A DNA stretch of 64,000 bases from Haliotis rufescens (Eukaryota). Numbering within the stretch: the stretch's first letter is position 1; each line of letters starts with the position of its first letter. Both the position numbers and the translations under genes were made by a program. The stretch is taken from assembly GCF_023055435.1 (NCBI RefSeq), contig NW_025964024.1:3844001-3908000 (forward strand). Direction: 5' to 3'. The notes beneath the pieces were generated by a model, which made no database searches, was not told the origin of the DNA, and saw only the letters and a list, made by a program, of their open reading frames with translations. Shown here piece by piece: positions 38,411 through 52,610 of the stretch.

Positions 38411-39532
38411 ACTATCACATATACAAACTAAGTGAGACATCAGTGTGCCACTAATAATGTTATCTGGCATACAAAAACGTAATAACAGGGCTCCAGAAAC
38501 ATCTTCTGGCGAGATTACACGTCAATAGCTACAGTTTGTTTTCATTCCAAAGCTATTCATTACTTTTTCAGTACATAACACCATTTCAATTCCTCTTGTG
38601 TAAGTGATAGTGCTAAAAGAACGACTGATGTGATTTCAAGGCTACAGTGACGTCACTAGCGTATTGTCTCCTGCCAGAGTGCTTCATACGATGTCTGGCG
38701 CATTGCCAATGTGTGTAAAATTCTGTCTTGCATCATGTCTGATCCAGTCTCCTGCAGCAGGAGGCTGTATCAATGATTCAGAACACCAGTAAGACATGCG
38801 TCGCCTTCCATGTTAACTCCTTCAAGCGTAAACAAATGATGTCACACTTGACTCAGTGTTGTGAAACAGGTTGTTGCATAATGTACTTCTCAGTAGATGC
38901 ATGTGTATACAACAGAAAAAAGAAAATATATATTTGATTAGTTAAATGAGGATCATATGGATGATTGATGGCTGAATGTGGATAATTTAAAAAAAATCTA
39001 TTAAGTTATGACTGGATGATTTAACATGTCATACCATCTGTGTGATTGGGATCAATACTCATACAACTGGTAACCATTTCATGGTTACTGGTTGCTCGCT
39101 CATTCACTCACTCACTCACTGCTGTATTCAATCACTCACTCTCACTGTCTCGAATATCTCTCTCTCTCTCTGCCTACATGTATTGGTAACGATCAGCAAA
39201 ACTAAACACACAAAGCATTATTTTAACCTGATATTGATTTTCCCACAAACACCTGTGTCACTCGTCTAAGTGTGTGAAAAAACACTTAAACAACCTCAAA
39301 ATATCCCCAAAGCCTTTGCTCCCCTACTGTACGATGTTCTTGATGTAATGTTAGAACACAGACTGACATTCGGGAACCTCGCACCGAGTCGCACACATAT
39401 GATATCGTGAGTTATGCATCAATACTCATACAACTGGTAACCGTTTCATTTGCTATTGGTTGCTCACTCACTCACTCACTCACTCACACACTCATTCTCA
39501 CTTACTATGTCTCTTTGTTTCCTCACACAGTT

Positions 39533-39586
<54 letters not shown>
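39533..39586. repeat. (TC)n microsatellite
   Basis: Direct reading. Confidence 0.97.
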
Positions 39587-39587
<1 letters not shown>

Positions 39588-40040
39588 GCACACACACAAT
39601 ATAAATTGTGTGAAAACACGGAAAACTGACACAAACCCATAACAGGAACAAATATACCTAACCCAAACAAAATCCTTTGACAAATTTTCCACAAAATCCC
39701 CACACAGTACACTGACTCCGAGCTGACCAGTCCTTATTTTATCCCTTTAATGTCGAGCGATGCAGCGTAACAACAAGTTAGTTAAATATAAGACTATTGT
39801 AGGTTTATTTTAAAGTATGGGAGTTGTGACAGTCGTAATGCTACGATCATTTTGATCATGATTGTTGAGTGCACACTGATCCAGTGACCGGGGTAATAAT
39901 AGCACTTTGAGCATGCCCCTGAGTGGTGTGGAAATTTGCGCAATATATATATGACCTATTATTATCATTATTATTTGGGGAATAGGGCCCAGGGTCATTG
40001 GGCTTGGAATTAACAATTCCATTTGCAAAGGCCCTGAAGT

Positions 40041-40155
40041 CCAGGGCCCACTTGCACAAAGCGATCTTAGCGCTAAGTTGATTGTAACTCCCATACTTTA
40101 GCATAGGCTTACAATAGTCTTAGCGCTAAGATCGCTTTGTGCAAGTGGGCCCTGG
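40041..40155. mobile_element. 115-bp hairpin MITE (decayed relatives at about 61453-61563, 61892-62002 and 39785-39850)
   Basis: Perfect inverted arms CCAGGGCCCACTTGCACAAAGCGATCTTAGCGCTAAG around a short spacer containing CTCCCATACTTTA. Confidence 0.85.
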
Positions 40156-41176
40156 TGTTGGTGCGGAGTAAGTCTTGGCCGGCGCACACCATATTGCTCA
40201 ATGACAATCCCTGCAACTTGATGATAAAACAAGAGTGCAGTGTACACACACAGAGAGACTACAAATACGTCATCACTCAAACCATGACTTGAAATCAATA
40301 TGGTGCTTTATAGTCACTGAAACATGCATTACGTCTTCAGTATTACTTTCAATAGACTGCCCCCTTGATACAACCTGGCCTACTGATCATTGTCACTAGA
40401 CAATACAGTGTATTGAGAAACATCATTGCCTGCCAGCACTCATTCTGGCCTACATTATACAAAATACCCAATAAAACATGTCCGACCTAAGTGCTTAACA
40501 AGACATCACCTCAATGAGTTGCAAAATGTACTGGTATATTTGCTTGCTTTTTTTCTGCCACATTCCATTTTTCCTATGTTTCAAAGTGTAGCAACAAATC
40601 TGTGTAGAAATGATATTCATTATAGATGATGCTTCCGACAAAAGCAAGAACATTGGTCTTTCCTGTTGGTTTCACAATAGGATGAACAATCCTTTTTATT
40701 CTAATGGACTGTTGTCATCTTGATGTCATATTTCATTTTATGAATCTGGTAATATTGTGCACGGTGACCTATCATCCCACAGATTCGAACATTAAGATTT
40801 GTTGCCAGACAGGACCAAAGGCACAGTAACGTACTGCGCCTGTGGTAATCTAGTGGAATTTACCAAGAGACGGAAATACTGATTCAACTCTCCCAGACTG
40901 TATACAACACTATTAAACTTCCAGTCAACTGCATGAGTTTCTCAATCACAACGCATCAAGACAATCAAACCTGTGATGGAAAAGTTAGCTGTGTCGCTGC
41001 CTGCATGAACTAATTCATCCTTAAATATAATAGTCGAGGATAGATCCAGGTCTTCATTGCCAGACGCAATAATTTTGCCAACTAACAGTATTCCAGCCGT
41101 ATCATGGTGTGTCAGCTTATATAGGTGGAGAGTCAGTCATGCAGAAGATTAGTGACACCGACAAGTAAAAGGTATT

Positions 41177-43673
41177 TGGAGCCTACATATCTCCTGTACA
41201 TGGAGCCAGTTCTGCCTACATATCTCCAGTACATGGAGCCGGTTCTGCCTACATATCTCCTGTATTTGGAGCCTGTTCTGTCTACATATCTCCTGTACAT
41301 GGAGCTAGTTCTGTCTACATATCTCCTGTATGTGGAACCGGTTCTGCCTACATATCTCCTGTATTTGGAGCCTGTTCTGTCTACACATCTCCAGTACATG
41401 GAGCCGGTTCTGCCTACATATCTCCTGTATTTGGAGCCTGTTCTGTCTACATATCTTCTGTACATGGAGCTAGTTCTGTCTACATATCTCCTGTATGTGG
41501 AACCGGTTCTGCCTACATATCTCCTGTATTTGGAGCCAGTTCTGTCTACATATCTCCTCCTGTACATGGAGCCAGTTCTTTCTACATATCTCCAGTACAT
41601 GGAGCCAGTTCTGTCTACATATCTCCTCCTGTACATGGAGCCAGTTCTGTCTACATATCTCTTCCTATACATGGAGCCTGTTCTGTCTACATATCTCCCC
41701 CTGTACATGGAGCCTGTTCTGTCTACATATCTCCTGTACATGGAGCCAGTTCTTTCTACATATCTCCTGTACATGGAGCCAGTTCTGTCTACATATCTCC
41801 TCCTGTACATGGAGCCAGTTCTGTCTACATATCTCCTCCTATACATGGAGCCAGTTCTGTCTACATATCTCCTCCTATACATGGAGCCAGTTCTGTCTAC
41901 ATATCTCCTCCTATACATGGAGCCAGTTCCGTCTACATATCTCCTCCTATACATGGAGCCTGTTCTGTCTACATATCTCCTCCTATACATGGAGCCTGTT
42001 CTGTCTACATATCTCCTGTACATGGAGCCAGTTCTGTCTACATATCTCCTCCTGTACATGCAGCCAGTTCTGTCTACATATCTCCTCCTATACATGGAGC
42101 CTGTTCTGTCTACATATCTCCTCCTATACATGGAGCCAGTTCTGTCTACATATCTCCTCCTATACATGGAGCCAGTTCTGTCTACATATCTCCTCCTGTA
42201 CATGGAGCCAGTTCTTTCTACATATCTCCTCCTGTACATGCAGCCAGTTCTGTCTACATATCTCCTCCTGTACATGGAGCCTGTTCTGTCTACATATCTC
42301 CTCCTATACATGGAGCCAGTTCTGTCTACATATCTCCTCCTGTACAGGGAGCCTGTTCTGTCTACATATCTCCTCCTATACATGGAGCCTGTTCTGTCTA
42401 CATATCTCCTCCTGTACAGGGAGCCTGTTCTGTCTACATATCTCCTGTACATGGAGCCAGTTCTTTCTACATATCTCCTCCTGTACATGCAGCCAGTTCT
42501 GTCCTTATATCTCCTCCTGTACATGGAGCCTGTTCTGTCTACATATCTCCTCCTGTACATGGAGCCTGTTCTGTCTACATATCTCCTCCTATACATGGAG
42601 CCAGTTCTGTCTACATATCTCCTGTACAGGGAGCCTGTTCTGTCTACATATCTCCTGTACATGGAGCCAGTTCTGTCTACACATCTCCTCCTGTACAGGG
42701 AGCCTGTTCTGTCTACATATCTCCTGTACATGGAGCCTGTTCTGTCTACATATCTTCTGTACATGGAGCCAGTTCTGTCTACATATCTCCTCCTATACAT
42801 GGAGCCAGTTCTGTCTACATATCTCCTCCTATGCCTACATATTTCCTGTACATGGAGCCAGTTCTGCCTACATATCTCCTGTACATGGAGCCTGTTCTGT
42901 CTACATATCTCCTGTACATGAAGCCAGTTCTGTCTACATATCTCCTCCTATGCCTACATATTTCCTGTACATGGAGCCAGTTCTGCCTACATATTTCCTG
43001 TACATGGAGCCAGTTCTGTCTACATATCTTCTGTACATGGAGCCAGTTCTGTCTACATATCTTCTGTACATGGAGCCTGTTCTGTCTACACATCTCCTGT
43101 ACATGGAGCCAGCTCTGTCTACGTATCTCCTCCTGTACATGGAGCCAGTTCTGTCTACATATCTCCTGTACATGGAGCCAGTTCTGTCTACATATCTCCT
43201 CCTATACATGGAACTTATTCTGTCTACACATCTCCTCCTATACATGGAGCCTATTCTTTCTACACATCTCCTGTACATGAAGCCAGTTCTGTCTACATAT
43301 TTCCTGTACATGGAGCCAGTTCTGTCTACATATCTCCTGTACATGGAGCCAGTTCTGTCTACATATCTCCTCCTATACATGGAGCCAGTTCTGTCTACAT
43401 ATCTCCTCCTGTACATGGAGCCTATTCTTTCTACACATCTCCTCCTATACATGGAGCCAGTTCTGTCTACATATCTCCTGTACATGGAGCCAGTTCTGTC
43501 TACATATCTCCTGTACATGGAGCCAGTTCTGTCTACATATCTCCTGTACATGGAGCCAGTTCTTTCTACATATCTCCTGTACATGGAGCCAGTTCTTTCT
43601 ACATATCTCCTATGTGTTGAGCCTGTTCTCCTTACATATCTCCACCGGTACATGGAGCCAGTTCTGCCTACAT
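41177..43673. repeat. 30/33-bp minisatellite, about 80 copies
   Basis: TACATGGAGCC(A/T)GTTCTGTCTACATATCTC(CTC)CT(G/A). Both unit lengths are multiples of 3, which produces the spurious long ORFs. Confidence 0.97.
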
Positions 43674-45709
43674 AACTATTCCTGTTAATATGGTCAAATA
43701 TTGTTTTTAGTGTTTGTCATTAATAAAAAGCCATCAGAAATTCAAGGTTAAAGATGCAATTGTCCCATATCTGATGAAAAGTAAACAATCATAATGGTTG
43801 CTATCCACTAAACATTTTTTAGCTGATCTGAATAAATACACACATCTTCATTCAATTCACAACCAGTTTGCCATTACTATTTCCCATGTGGCCATGGGTT
43901 TTTACGCTCCCCCTCCAAGCCTGCCCCTGCTAGAGCCTGTTGTAACTCTATATACCGGTACATTGCCTGGTCCCTACCTGTGGCTGTGGCAGCCTCAACA
44001 ATCAGCATCCGGAAACGCTCAAGCATCATGGCAGCCGATCTGCCCCTTTGGAACTGCCATGAATTCACTGGTCCATCTTGTCACAAGTACTCACACATGG
44101 CGTACAGTTTGTTGTCACTGAGAACACCGACCACTTGCCATCACAGAGGAAGCAGGCCTGACCATAACCTAGATACATCCACACACCTGATTGGCTGATT
44201 GGTCTGTAAGGAAGCAGAAACTGTCGTCTGCTGGCTGCCCAACACTGAACATGGAATCAGGCTGTCCGCCCTGAGGGATGGACATCGGTTACATAACAAA
44301 CAACAAGTCTTTGCCAGTGAGAAGAGAAACAGTAATCAATTAATCAGGACTACAATGGCTGATCCTCCGAGACACTCTCTGGCAGAGATGGAGCCAATGT
44401 CCTAGGATTCCGTCCTACTCTCCCCAAATCAATCAATATCGTTTTGTCAAATCAACACACAGGCACACGCACATGCGTCTGCTTCAGAAGGTGCCCACCG
44501 TCATATCTCGTTAGCTGATACCAGACGCCACTATTCATATATTCTTCCACTAATCTGATCAGGTCATATCCGACATGGTGGCCACTTGACTACATGTCAA
44601 AGGGCAGTCTTATCCATGTATGCAGGCGGCTTGGTAATTAATATCTTAATACCAATAAGAGGAAAAAACATAACATTAAGCTGAACATTACGCTTGTATA
44701 TTCATGAAAGTAACTAGCTTAAGGATCAAGGTAATCAATAAACTGGCATTAAAACAGGATCTTAAAGAAATTATCAAGGATGTCTACGGAGGCCAGTCAA
44801 TTATCGTTTGGCATTCCGTGAATTAAGACATTTGGAACTAATTCCATCAGGCATTTATCACGCTCTGGAGAATCAGTGTAATTTCATTATTACCCGAACA
44901 GGATGCTTTGATGGTATAGTTGTGAGAAAGTGCATGTTTGACTACAGTCAATCTGATCGATACAACTCGTAACACCGGAAACAGGCTTGAAGAATTGTCC
45001 ACCTTGATTACAGAAATAAAAGGTCATCATTGTTTTTGTTCAGAGCTGCTGTTTATGAAAGTTCTATTTGTCATGTGTCACCAAGTCCCAGGCTGCAAAA
45101 CTCTCTCTCACATGAGCAAACTCCATAAATAACAATCATCTTCAAACAGACGTCTATCTTGTCCCATATTGCTGATGAACAATTCTATGGCACAACGAGA
45201 TATTAAACTTTAACAAGCTCCCAAGTGCTTAATAAGCCTACTGCATTGACAAATGTCTTCTTTCACAATGACCTGACTGAGTCATTCAAATAGAAAGTTG
45301 GTCGTTCTTCTCAACAAAAAAGGTTTTCTTCCCTTTAAGGAGCTTACTAATGGTAGGTGGATTCAGCTCAGTGAAGACATTAATAAGCTGTATTGACATG
45401 GGAATGTCTGCGTGATACACAGCGTATTCCATACTAACAAGCTGTATGTTTGACACCGTGGTGGAAAGTCCTATACATGGACCATAAAAACTTAGAAATA
45501 TATATTGATCTTAATTAGTATTGAAAGGAAAACATTCTCTTTCTGTATCATGGTTCAATAATTGTAACTAATGTTGCCATGGAACACTGCTTTCCTCATC
45601 GATTATTACAATAATGTTATAGAAATCATTGTCAAATAATTGATACTTGTGAAATTATAATGGTAATTGTGTTAAATGTGTCAATACTGAGGTATACATT
45701 CATATAGTG

Positions 45710-45953
45710 TTTGTCTGTTTGTTGTTTAACGCTTCACTTAGCAATATTCTAGTTATATGACGGCGGTCTGTAAATAATCCAGTCTGGACCAGACAATCCA
45801 GTGACTGACATCATGAGCATCGATCCATGCATCAACCAAGCCAGTGAGCCTGACCACCCGATCCTGATAGTCACCTCTTACAAAAAGCATAGCTGCCTTT
45901 TACGGCAAGCATGGGTTGCTGAAGAACAATTCTACCCCGGATCTTCAGGGGTC
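45710..45953 (-). mobile_element. SINE family D
   Basis: TSD TCATATAGTG; 5' end GACCCCTGAAGATCCGGGGTAGAA. Confidence 0.9.
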
Positions 45954-47181
45954 TCATATAGTGAGTATAGTGAGGAATACATGCATGTGCACACCTCTAA
46001 CTCTGGTCACTTGTGTCCACTGGTCACAGTGCACTCCACTATCGGCACATGAAATGCATAGGGTATAAATCTTTTCTAAATACATTAAAAAGTGTTCTAT
46101 GAAATTACAATAAAAGAATAATCAGTTCATTGTGACCCTAATAAATAAATCGTAAGCGACTCCAAGCATTTGATTGGCAAACCATCAATTTCCTTTTTTG
46201 CGTTTGTTTCCATAAAAGAAAAAATATGAGGTCATGCAATAAACACACACACAAAAAAAGTCTATTCTTAATTGTCTTATTTCTATAAGTGCTTACTCAT
46301 CAGCTTTACTCACAGCATTGACACACATCCTATGTCTTTCTTATGTCCCTTTGATTAATTGATAAAATCAACTAATTGCACAATGTAACTAGAAGTTAAT
46401 GAATCATTAACAGTAACGCCTAAGATTGAAACCTGCTGCATCAGGGGAACCAACTGAGCACACAGGGAACAACTAATGTATCACACACACACAGCATCTG
46501 TCAGAGGGGGATAAATGATTCATGCAGTGACTGTCCGAGGCGATACGCTGCCATAATGTCGCGTCTATGCTTGTGTATCATGTATTATTACCTCATGGCA
46601 TTAAGAGGAAGGTGATGATAAAAGTCATTTGAGGACTGAAAAAATATGATAAATGAATTTCAGAGAACAAAACATTCAGCAGGCCAGACCAACTGCATTG
46701 TTTTTTCCTGAATTTGTTTTAATTCTTTTTTATTTTGGTTAAACTGTTATCTGAAGATTTTCTTTAATAGAATCTGAATGTTTTGTATTTTGCCTTCTAT
46801 CTCTTTCCATATTGACTAAAAAGGTAATAAAGTCTCATTATAAAAAGAAACATCATAAATGAAGATAATGTTCATGACTTTAAATATTTAGAAAACAGGA
46901 TTTGTGTAGAAATTTGAGTTGATTTTTGGAAACAGTTACAATGATTATCTTACTGTGGATGATCCAGTGATTTGAGGTTGTTGATAACAATCATAATATG
47001 AGTTGGTACCCATCCTATAAGACAGTGTAGACACAGGCCAATTTGAAGTTTTAGGAAATTTCCTTCAAGTCATTTTAACCCATTTTGCTTGTTTACATAC
47101 TCAAATAATAATGTACATAAATCTAACAGTTAAAGAGCATCCTACAGACTCAGAAACATCTCCGTTTCACACACATGTAAT

Positions 47182-47553
47182 CAGTGTTCGAAAAACCTGC
47201 CTGCCCGACCGTCCGAGACGGGTTGATTTCAACTCGGGCTGCCAGTTTTTCCAATCCCCCTGCCCGACGGTCGGGTTATATTTCATATGTAAAAAGATTC
47301 TAAATATTTCCCGATGATAAGCATTATTTACGTGATGTATTCTAGGATATTAAATACAAATCTGACCTAAAAAGTGTTTGCTATTTCTTTTCTTGCATTA
47401 CTTCATGTTCAATGAATTTGATTTAAAGTTTTAATTAAATTATCCTGAGAAACATGACTATAGTGGGCAGGCAGGTTTTGGTCAGGGCTGGCAAGTATTC
47501 AGCAAGCCAGTCCTGTGGTCTGGCTGAATTTTTTTATAGAGTTTCATACCCTG
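47182..47553. mobile_element. MITE with imperfect 12-bp TIRs
   Basis: CAGTGTTCGAAA / TTTCATACCCTG flanked by the direct repeat ATGTAAT; GC-rich subterminal repeats. Confidence 0.6.
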
Positions 47554-47635
47554 ATGTAATTACAACACCTCAACCCAAAATGGGCGCCGGACCAGTGATG
47601 ACACCCAGCATAAGAGAAAGAAAGAAACAAGAAAA

Positions 47636-48062
47636 TAGGGTTGGGATGGGTAACTCGGGTACTCATACTGAGGTCGGATGGGTACTGAGTAGGACCCAGG
47701 TTCCCACAGAGCTACCCGGACCCGTGTTTAGTCACATTATATATTGTTTAATAAAATTATCTAAAACTCCCCGGCTACACCACATTGACACTATTGTTCA
47801 CATATCTTTCTGACTATTAACGCATTCCTTCTGACTTTTATATGTTTGAATAAAGATAAAGCTTCAGTCAACTTCTTCAGTGGATGCATGGCCAGATCGT
47901 TTTATATGTGTATCTAAAAACATTTTGCCAAGGTTACTGTCAAACTATTCCCAATCAGATATTTTGTACCCATCTCTTGAGACCTACTGTGGATATCCGG
48001 GTAGGGTCAGGAAATAGGGGGTTGGGTACCCGGGTAGTAAATCTGGAGTCATCCCAGCATGA
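47636..48062. mobile_element. Decayed hAT-like MITE
   Basis: TAGGGTTGGGATG / CATCCCAGCATGA ends, ACCCG/CGGGT subterminal repeats, and a degenerate 8-bp flank CAAGA(A/C)A(A/C). Confidence 0.5.
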
Positions 48063-48449
48063 CAAGACACCATGCAATGCAGAAATTCTGCTAATGGTGG
48101 CACCTACTACTGTTCTAGGTGCATCATAAATTGATCATTTTAAGACACTTCAGTAAAGTATTGATTGATCATGATGCTTCATATGTGATGTACTGTAAAC
48201 ACAGACGACTTGAAAGCAGGGAGGAGGCTGAGGGTAAGAATGCAAGATTTATCTCCCTTAGACAGGATAAATAACCTATTTCCCTGTGCCATGGGCGCTG
48301 ACTTGATGTGAAATGGCATTTTCACTTATAGAGCCACACGCATGCACATGAATGTAGCTGCCTGTAAAAGCCCACACTATTGCAGGTTTTATAGTTCTAG
48401 CCCACTAAGATACCATGCTATAGTTTAACATGGATACCTCCTTGGCCGA

Positions 48450-50417
48450 ACTTATCCATGTTACGCTCCTAGACCAGACGCATCCATGTTACGCTCCCAG
48501 ACCAGACCTATCCATGTTACGCTCCCAGACCAGACCTATCCATGTTACGCTCCTAGACCAGACCTATCCATGTTATGCTCCCAGACCAGACCTATCCATG
48601 TTATGCTCCTAGACCAGACCTATCCATGTTACACTCCTAGACCAAACCTATCCATGTTACGCTCCTAGACCAAACCTATCCATGCTACGCTCCCAGACCA
48701 GACCTATCCATGCTACGCTCCTAGACCACACCTATCCATGTTACACTCCCAGACCAAACCTATCCATGTTACTCTCCCAGACCAAACCTATCCATGTTAC
48801 GCTCCCAGACCAGACCTATCCATGTTACACTCCTAGACCAGACGTATCCATGTTACGCTTCTAGACCAGACCTATCCATGTTACACTCCTAGACCAGACC
48901 TATCCATGTTACACTCCTAGACCAGACCTATCCATGTTACGCTCCTAGACCAGACCTATCCATGTTACGCTCCTAGACCACACCTATCCATGTTACGCTC
49001 CTAGACCACACCTATCCATGTTATGCTCCTAGACCAGACATATCCATGTTACGCTCCTAGACCAAACCTATCCATGTTATGCTCCTAGACCAGACCTATC
49101 CATGTTACGCTCCTAGACCAGACCTATCCATGTTACGCTCCTAGACCAGACCTATCCATGTTACGCTCCTAGACCACACCTATCCATGTTACGCTCCTAG
49201 ACCAGACCTATCCATGTTATGCTCCTAGACCAGACATATCCATGTTACGCTCCTAGACCAGACCTATCCATGTTACGCTCCTAGACCAAACCTATCCATG
49301 TTACGCTCCTAGACCAAACCTATCCATGTTACGCTCCTAGACCAGACCTATCCATGTTACGCTCCCAGACCAGACCTATCCATGTTACGCTCCTAGACCA
49401 GATCTATCCATGTTATGCTCCTAGACCAGACCAGACCTATCCATGTTACATTCCTAGACCAGACCTATCCATGTTACACTCTTAGACCAGAAGAATCCAT
49501 GTTACGCACCTAGACCAGACCTATCCATGTTACACTCCGAGCCCAAACCTATCCATGTTGCGCTCCTAGACCAGACCTATCCATGTTACGCTCCTAGACC
49601 AAACCTATCCATGTTACACTCCTAGACCAGACCTATCCATGTTACGCTCCTAGACCAGACCTATCCATGTTACGCTCCTAGACCACACCTATCCATGTTA
49701 CCCTCCTAGACCAGACCTATCCATGTTATGCTCCTAGACCAGACATATCCATGTTACGCTCCTAGACCAGACCTATCCATGTTACGCTCCTAGACCAAAC
49801 CTATCCATGTTACGCTCCTAGACCAAACCTATCCATGTTATGCTCCTAGACCAGACCTATCCATGTTACGCTCCTAGACCAGACCTATCCATGTTACGCT
49901 CCTAGACCAGACCTATCCATGTTACGCTCCTAGACCACACCTATCCATGTTACGCTCCTAGACCAGACCTATCCATGTTATGCTCCTAGACCAGACCTAT
50001 CCATGTTACGCTCCTAGACCAAACCTATCCATGTTACGCTCCTAGACCAAACCTATCCATGTTACGCTCCTAGACCAGACCTATCCATGTTACGCTCCCA
50101 GACCAGACCTATCCATGTTACGCTCCTAGACCAGATCTATCCATGTTATGCTCCTAGACCAGACCAGACCTATCCATGTTACATTCCTAGACCAAACCTG
50201 TCCATGTTACACTCTTAGACCAGACGAATCCATGTTACGCACCTAGACCAGACCTATCCATGTTACACTCTGAGCCCAAACCTATCCATGTTGCGCTCCT
50301 AGACCAGACCTATCCATGTTACGCTTCTAGACCAAACCTATCCATGTTACACTCCTAGACCAAACCTACCCATGTTACGCTCCTAGACCAGACCTATCCA
50401 TGTTACGCTCCTAGCCC
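48450..50417. repeat. 28-bp minisatellite, about 70 copies, with a higher-order block duplication
   Basis: CTATCCATGTTACGCTCCTAGACCAGAC units. Confidence 0.97.
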
Positions 50418-50800
50418 AAGGCTGGCAGTGTTTATCAGGGGTGACTTCTACCCTTTGATGCGATGAATGACCTTCAGAGACAAATGGTCACATGACTATT
50501 TCAGCTGTCATCTATTGACGCAGCTTCTTTGTCGACTTCATTATCTAATGAATTTTTTAATGAATCTTTCGGATGAACCTACTTTCGGATGAACCTACTT
50601 TGTTTAATGGGCAGACACCGAGACTTAATTGACGAAGATGAGCTCTTACAGTTTACTGTTAGAATCTTCAGTCAACTGTGAATGATTGCTGAGTCATGAC
50701 TTTGGATGAAGATTAAATTTACAGGTGGTGTATTGACTTAGATGAAGTTTACACAGCAGATAGCTTGAAGTACTTGGTTACCTAAGTGATGAATTCACAC

Positions 50801-50977
50801 GTGAGTGAGTGAGTGGGTGAGAGTGGGTGAGAGTGGGTGAGAGTGGGTGAGGTTTCACAACTTTTAGCAATATTCCAGCCATATCTGGGCAGGGGAAACA
50901 CAAAAGACTTCACACACTGAACTCATGTGGGACATTGAACCCAGCCTTCGGTGTGACTACTAGGCTGCCACGCCCCC
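50801..50977 (-). mobile_element. SINE family A (decayed)
   Basis: GTGA tail, TTTTAGCAATATTCCAGC and a degraded head. Confidence 0.75.
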
Positions 50978-51089
50978 ATTGTTTGTTTAAATGCATTCAT
51001 TATGCAATAGTGCAAGTGCATAATAGGACGAGATAATCCAATATAATCCAGTAAGTACACATGACCTCCATACACAGTACATGGGTAGA

Positions 51090-51255
51090 GTGAGTGAGTG
51101 AGTGAGGTTTTACGCCGCTTTTAGCAATATTCCAGCAATATCACGGCGGGGGACACCAGAAATGGGCTTCACACATTGTACCCATGTCGGGAATCGAACC
51201 CGGGTCTTTGGTGTGACGAGCGAACGCTTTAACCACTAGGCCAACCGACCGCCCC
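51090..51255 (-). mobile_element. SINE family A
   Basis: TSD TACATGGGTAGA. Confidence 0.93.
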
Positions 51256-52369
51256 ATTACATGGGTAGAAGACACAGTACATTGATGTGTGTTTGTCAAG
51301 CAGTTGACCTGCAAATACTGATATCCTGTACGCCTCATGATGACCGACATTCCTAATGATAATTAGTCAGCTGATCACCATGTGATAAGTTCAAATATAA
51401 GTGGACTAATTAAGATAATTTGTGACATTGCCAGAAAAGGAAAAACATAATTCTGATAACTTATTAACTGAATTTACTGACAAACAGTATTCCAGAAGGC
51501 AGTTATTTCATTGTGGATGATACAATATACATTTCTTTTTCCTGAAAAGTCCCCTCAGCGTGACAAGCAGGTCCGGTAATCATAAGGCAACCCAAACACC
51601 TCTCATCTGAAGGAAGACAAGGCTATAGAACATTTCCACACTTGTCGAAAATGAATTCTAAATTATATGAACTGCATTGAAAACTCTATTCCAGTTAGGA
51701 ATTCGAGAATATCATTGACTGTAATTATTAATAGTTCACACCAACATATGTTAATATCTTCATTGTGAAAGCTTTATTAGTAACTATTTCCTTTCCAAAA
51801 GATCTAATCAGCTGTGACATATACAGATTACATTGTAATAATATGCATTCAGATAAGTGCACCAGAAAGGCAATAATGTCACTACTCACACAATACAAAC
51901 ACTATCTTATTACACACACAGTCTAAATTCTGGAAATCATTACCGTACTTACATTATATAAAAAAAATATCTAGTTAAAAAATGAAATATAATGCACACT
52001 AAAAAAGAATTTGTTAAAAAATATTCACTTCCAAAATAATGAAAAGATTAATTTCAAGTGAATCAATACATGCTGAAACTGGTTTGTGGCAATACATAAT
52101 GGCATATTCCATATCATGAGTATCTGCCAATCTGTTTCCAACCAACAAGTGCACACCCTGCCACGATTCCCTACATTGTATTTACATAAAAAAGCAAAGA
52201 TTTAATAAATAATATGTACATAGATATTATTTCAAAGTTTGAATGCAACTCCTTATCCAATACAGTGAAACCTTGTTAATCCAGATAATCAGCTTCCTGT
52301 GAAACGGTCCAGATTAACAAGTGTCATGTGCTTCCAACTTCTAAGTGCCTTTCAAAGACTTTAACAAGT

Positions 52370-52610
52370 TGGTTGGTTGGTGAGTTTGTTGTTTTACGCC
52401 ACACTCAGCATTATTCCACTATATAACGTAAATAATCGAGTCTGGACTAGACAATCCAGTGATTGACATCATGAGCATCGATCCATGCATCAACCAAGTC
52501 AGCGAGCCTGACCACCCGATCCCGTTTGTCGCCTTTTACGACAAGCATAATTACCTTTTACGGCAAGCATGGGTTGCTGAAGACCTATTCTACCCCGATC
52601 TTCACGGGCC
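52370..52610 (-). mobile_element. SINE family D
   Basis: TSD ACT(T/A)TAACAAGT; 5' end GGCCCGTGAAGATCGGGGTAGAATAGGTCTTCAG. Confidence 0.9.

Noticed and set aside
41125-43675. Long ORFs of 555-726 aa on both strands
   Set aside because: These are translations of a 30/33-bp minisatellite open in several frames; no unique domain or splice context.
43877-44068. Protein-looking 63-aa minus-strand ORF
   Set aside because: No recognisable domain and no convincing splice sites in a compatible phase.
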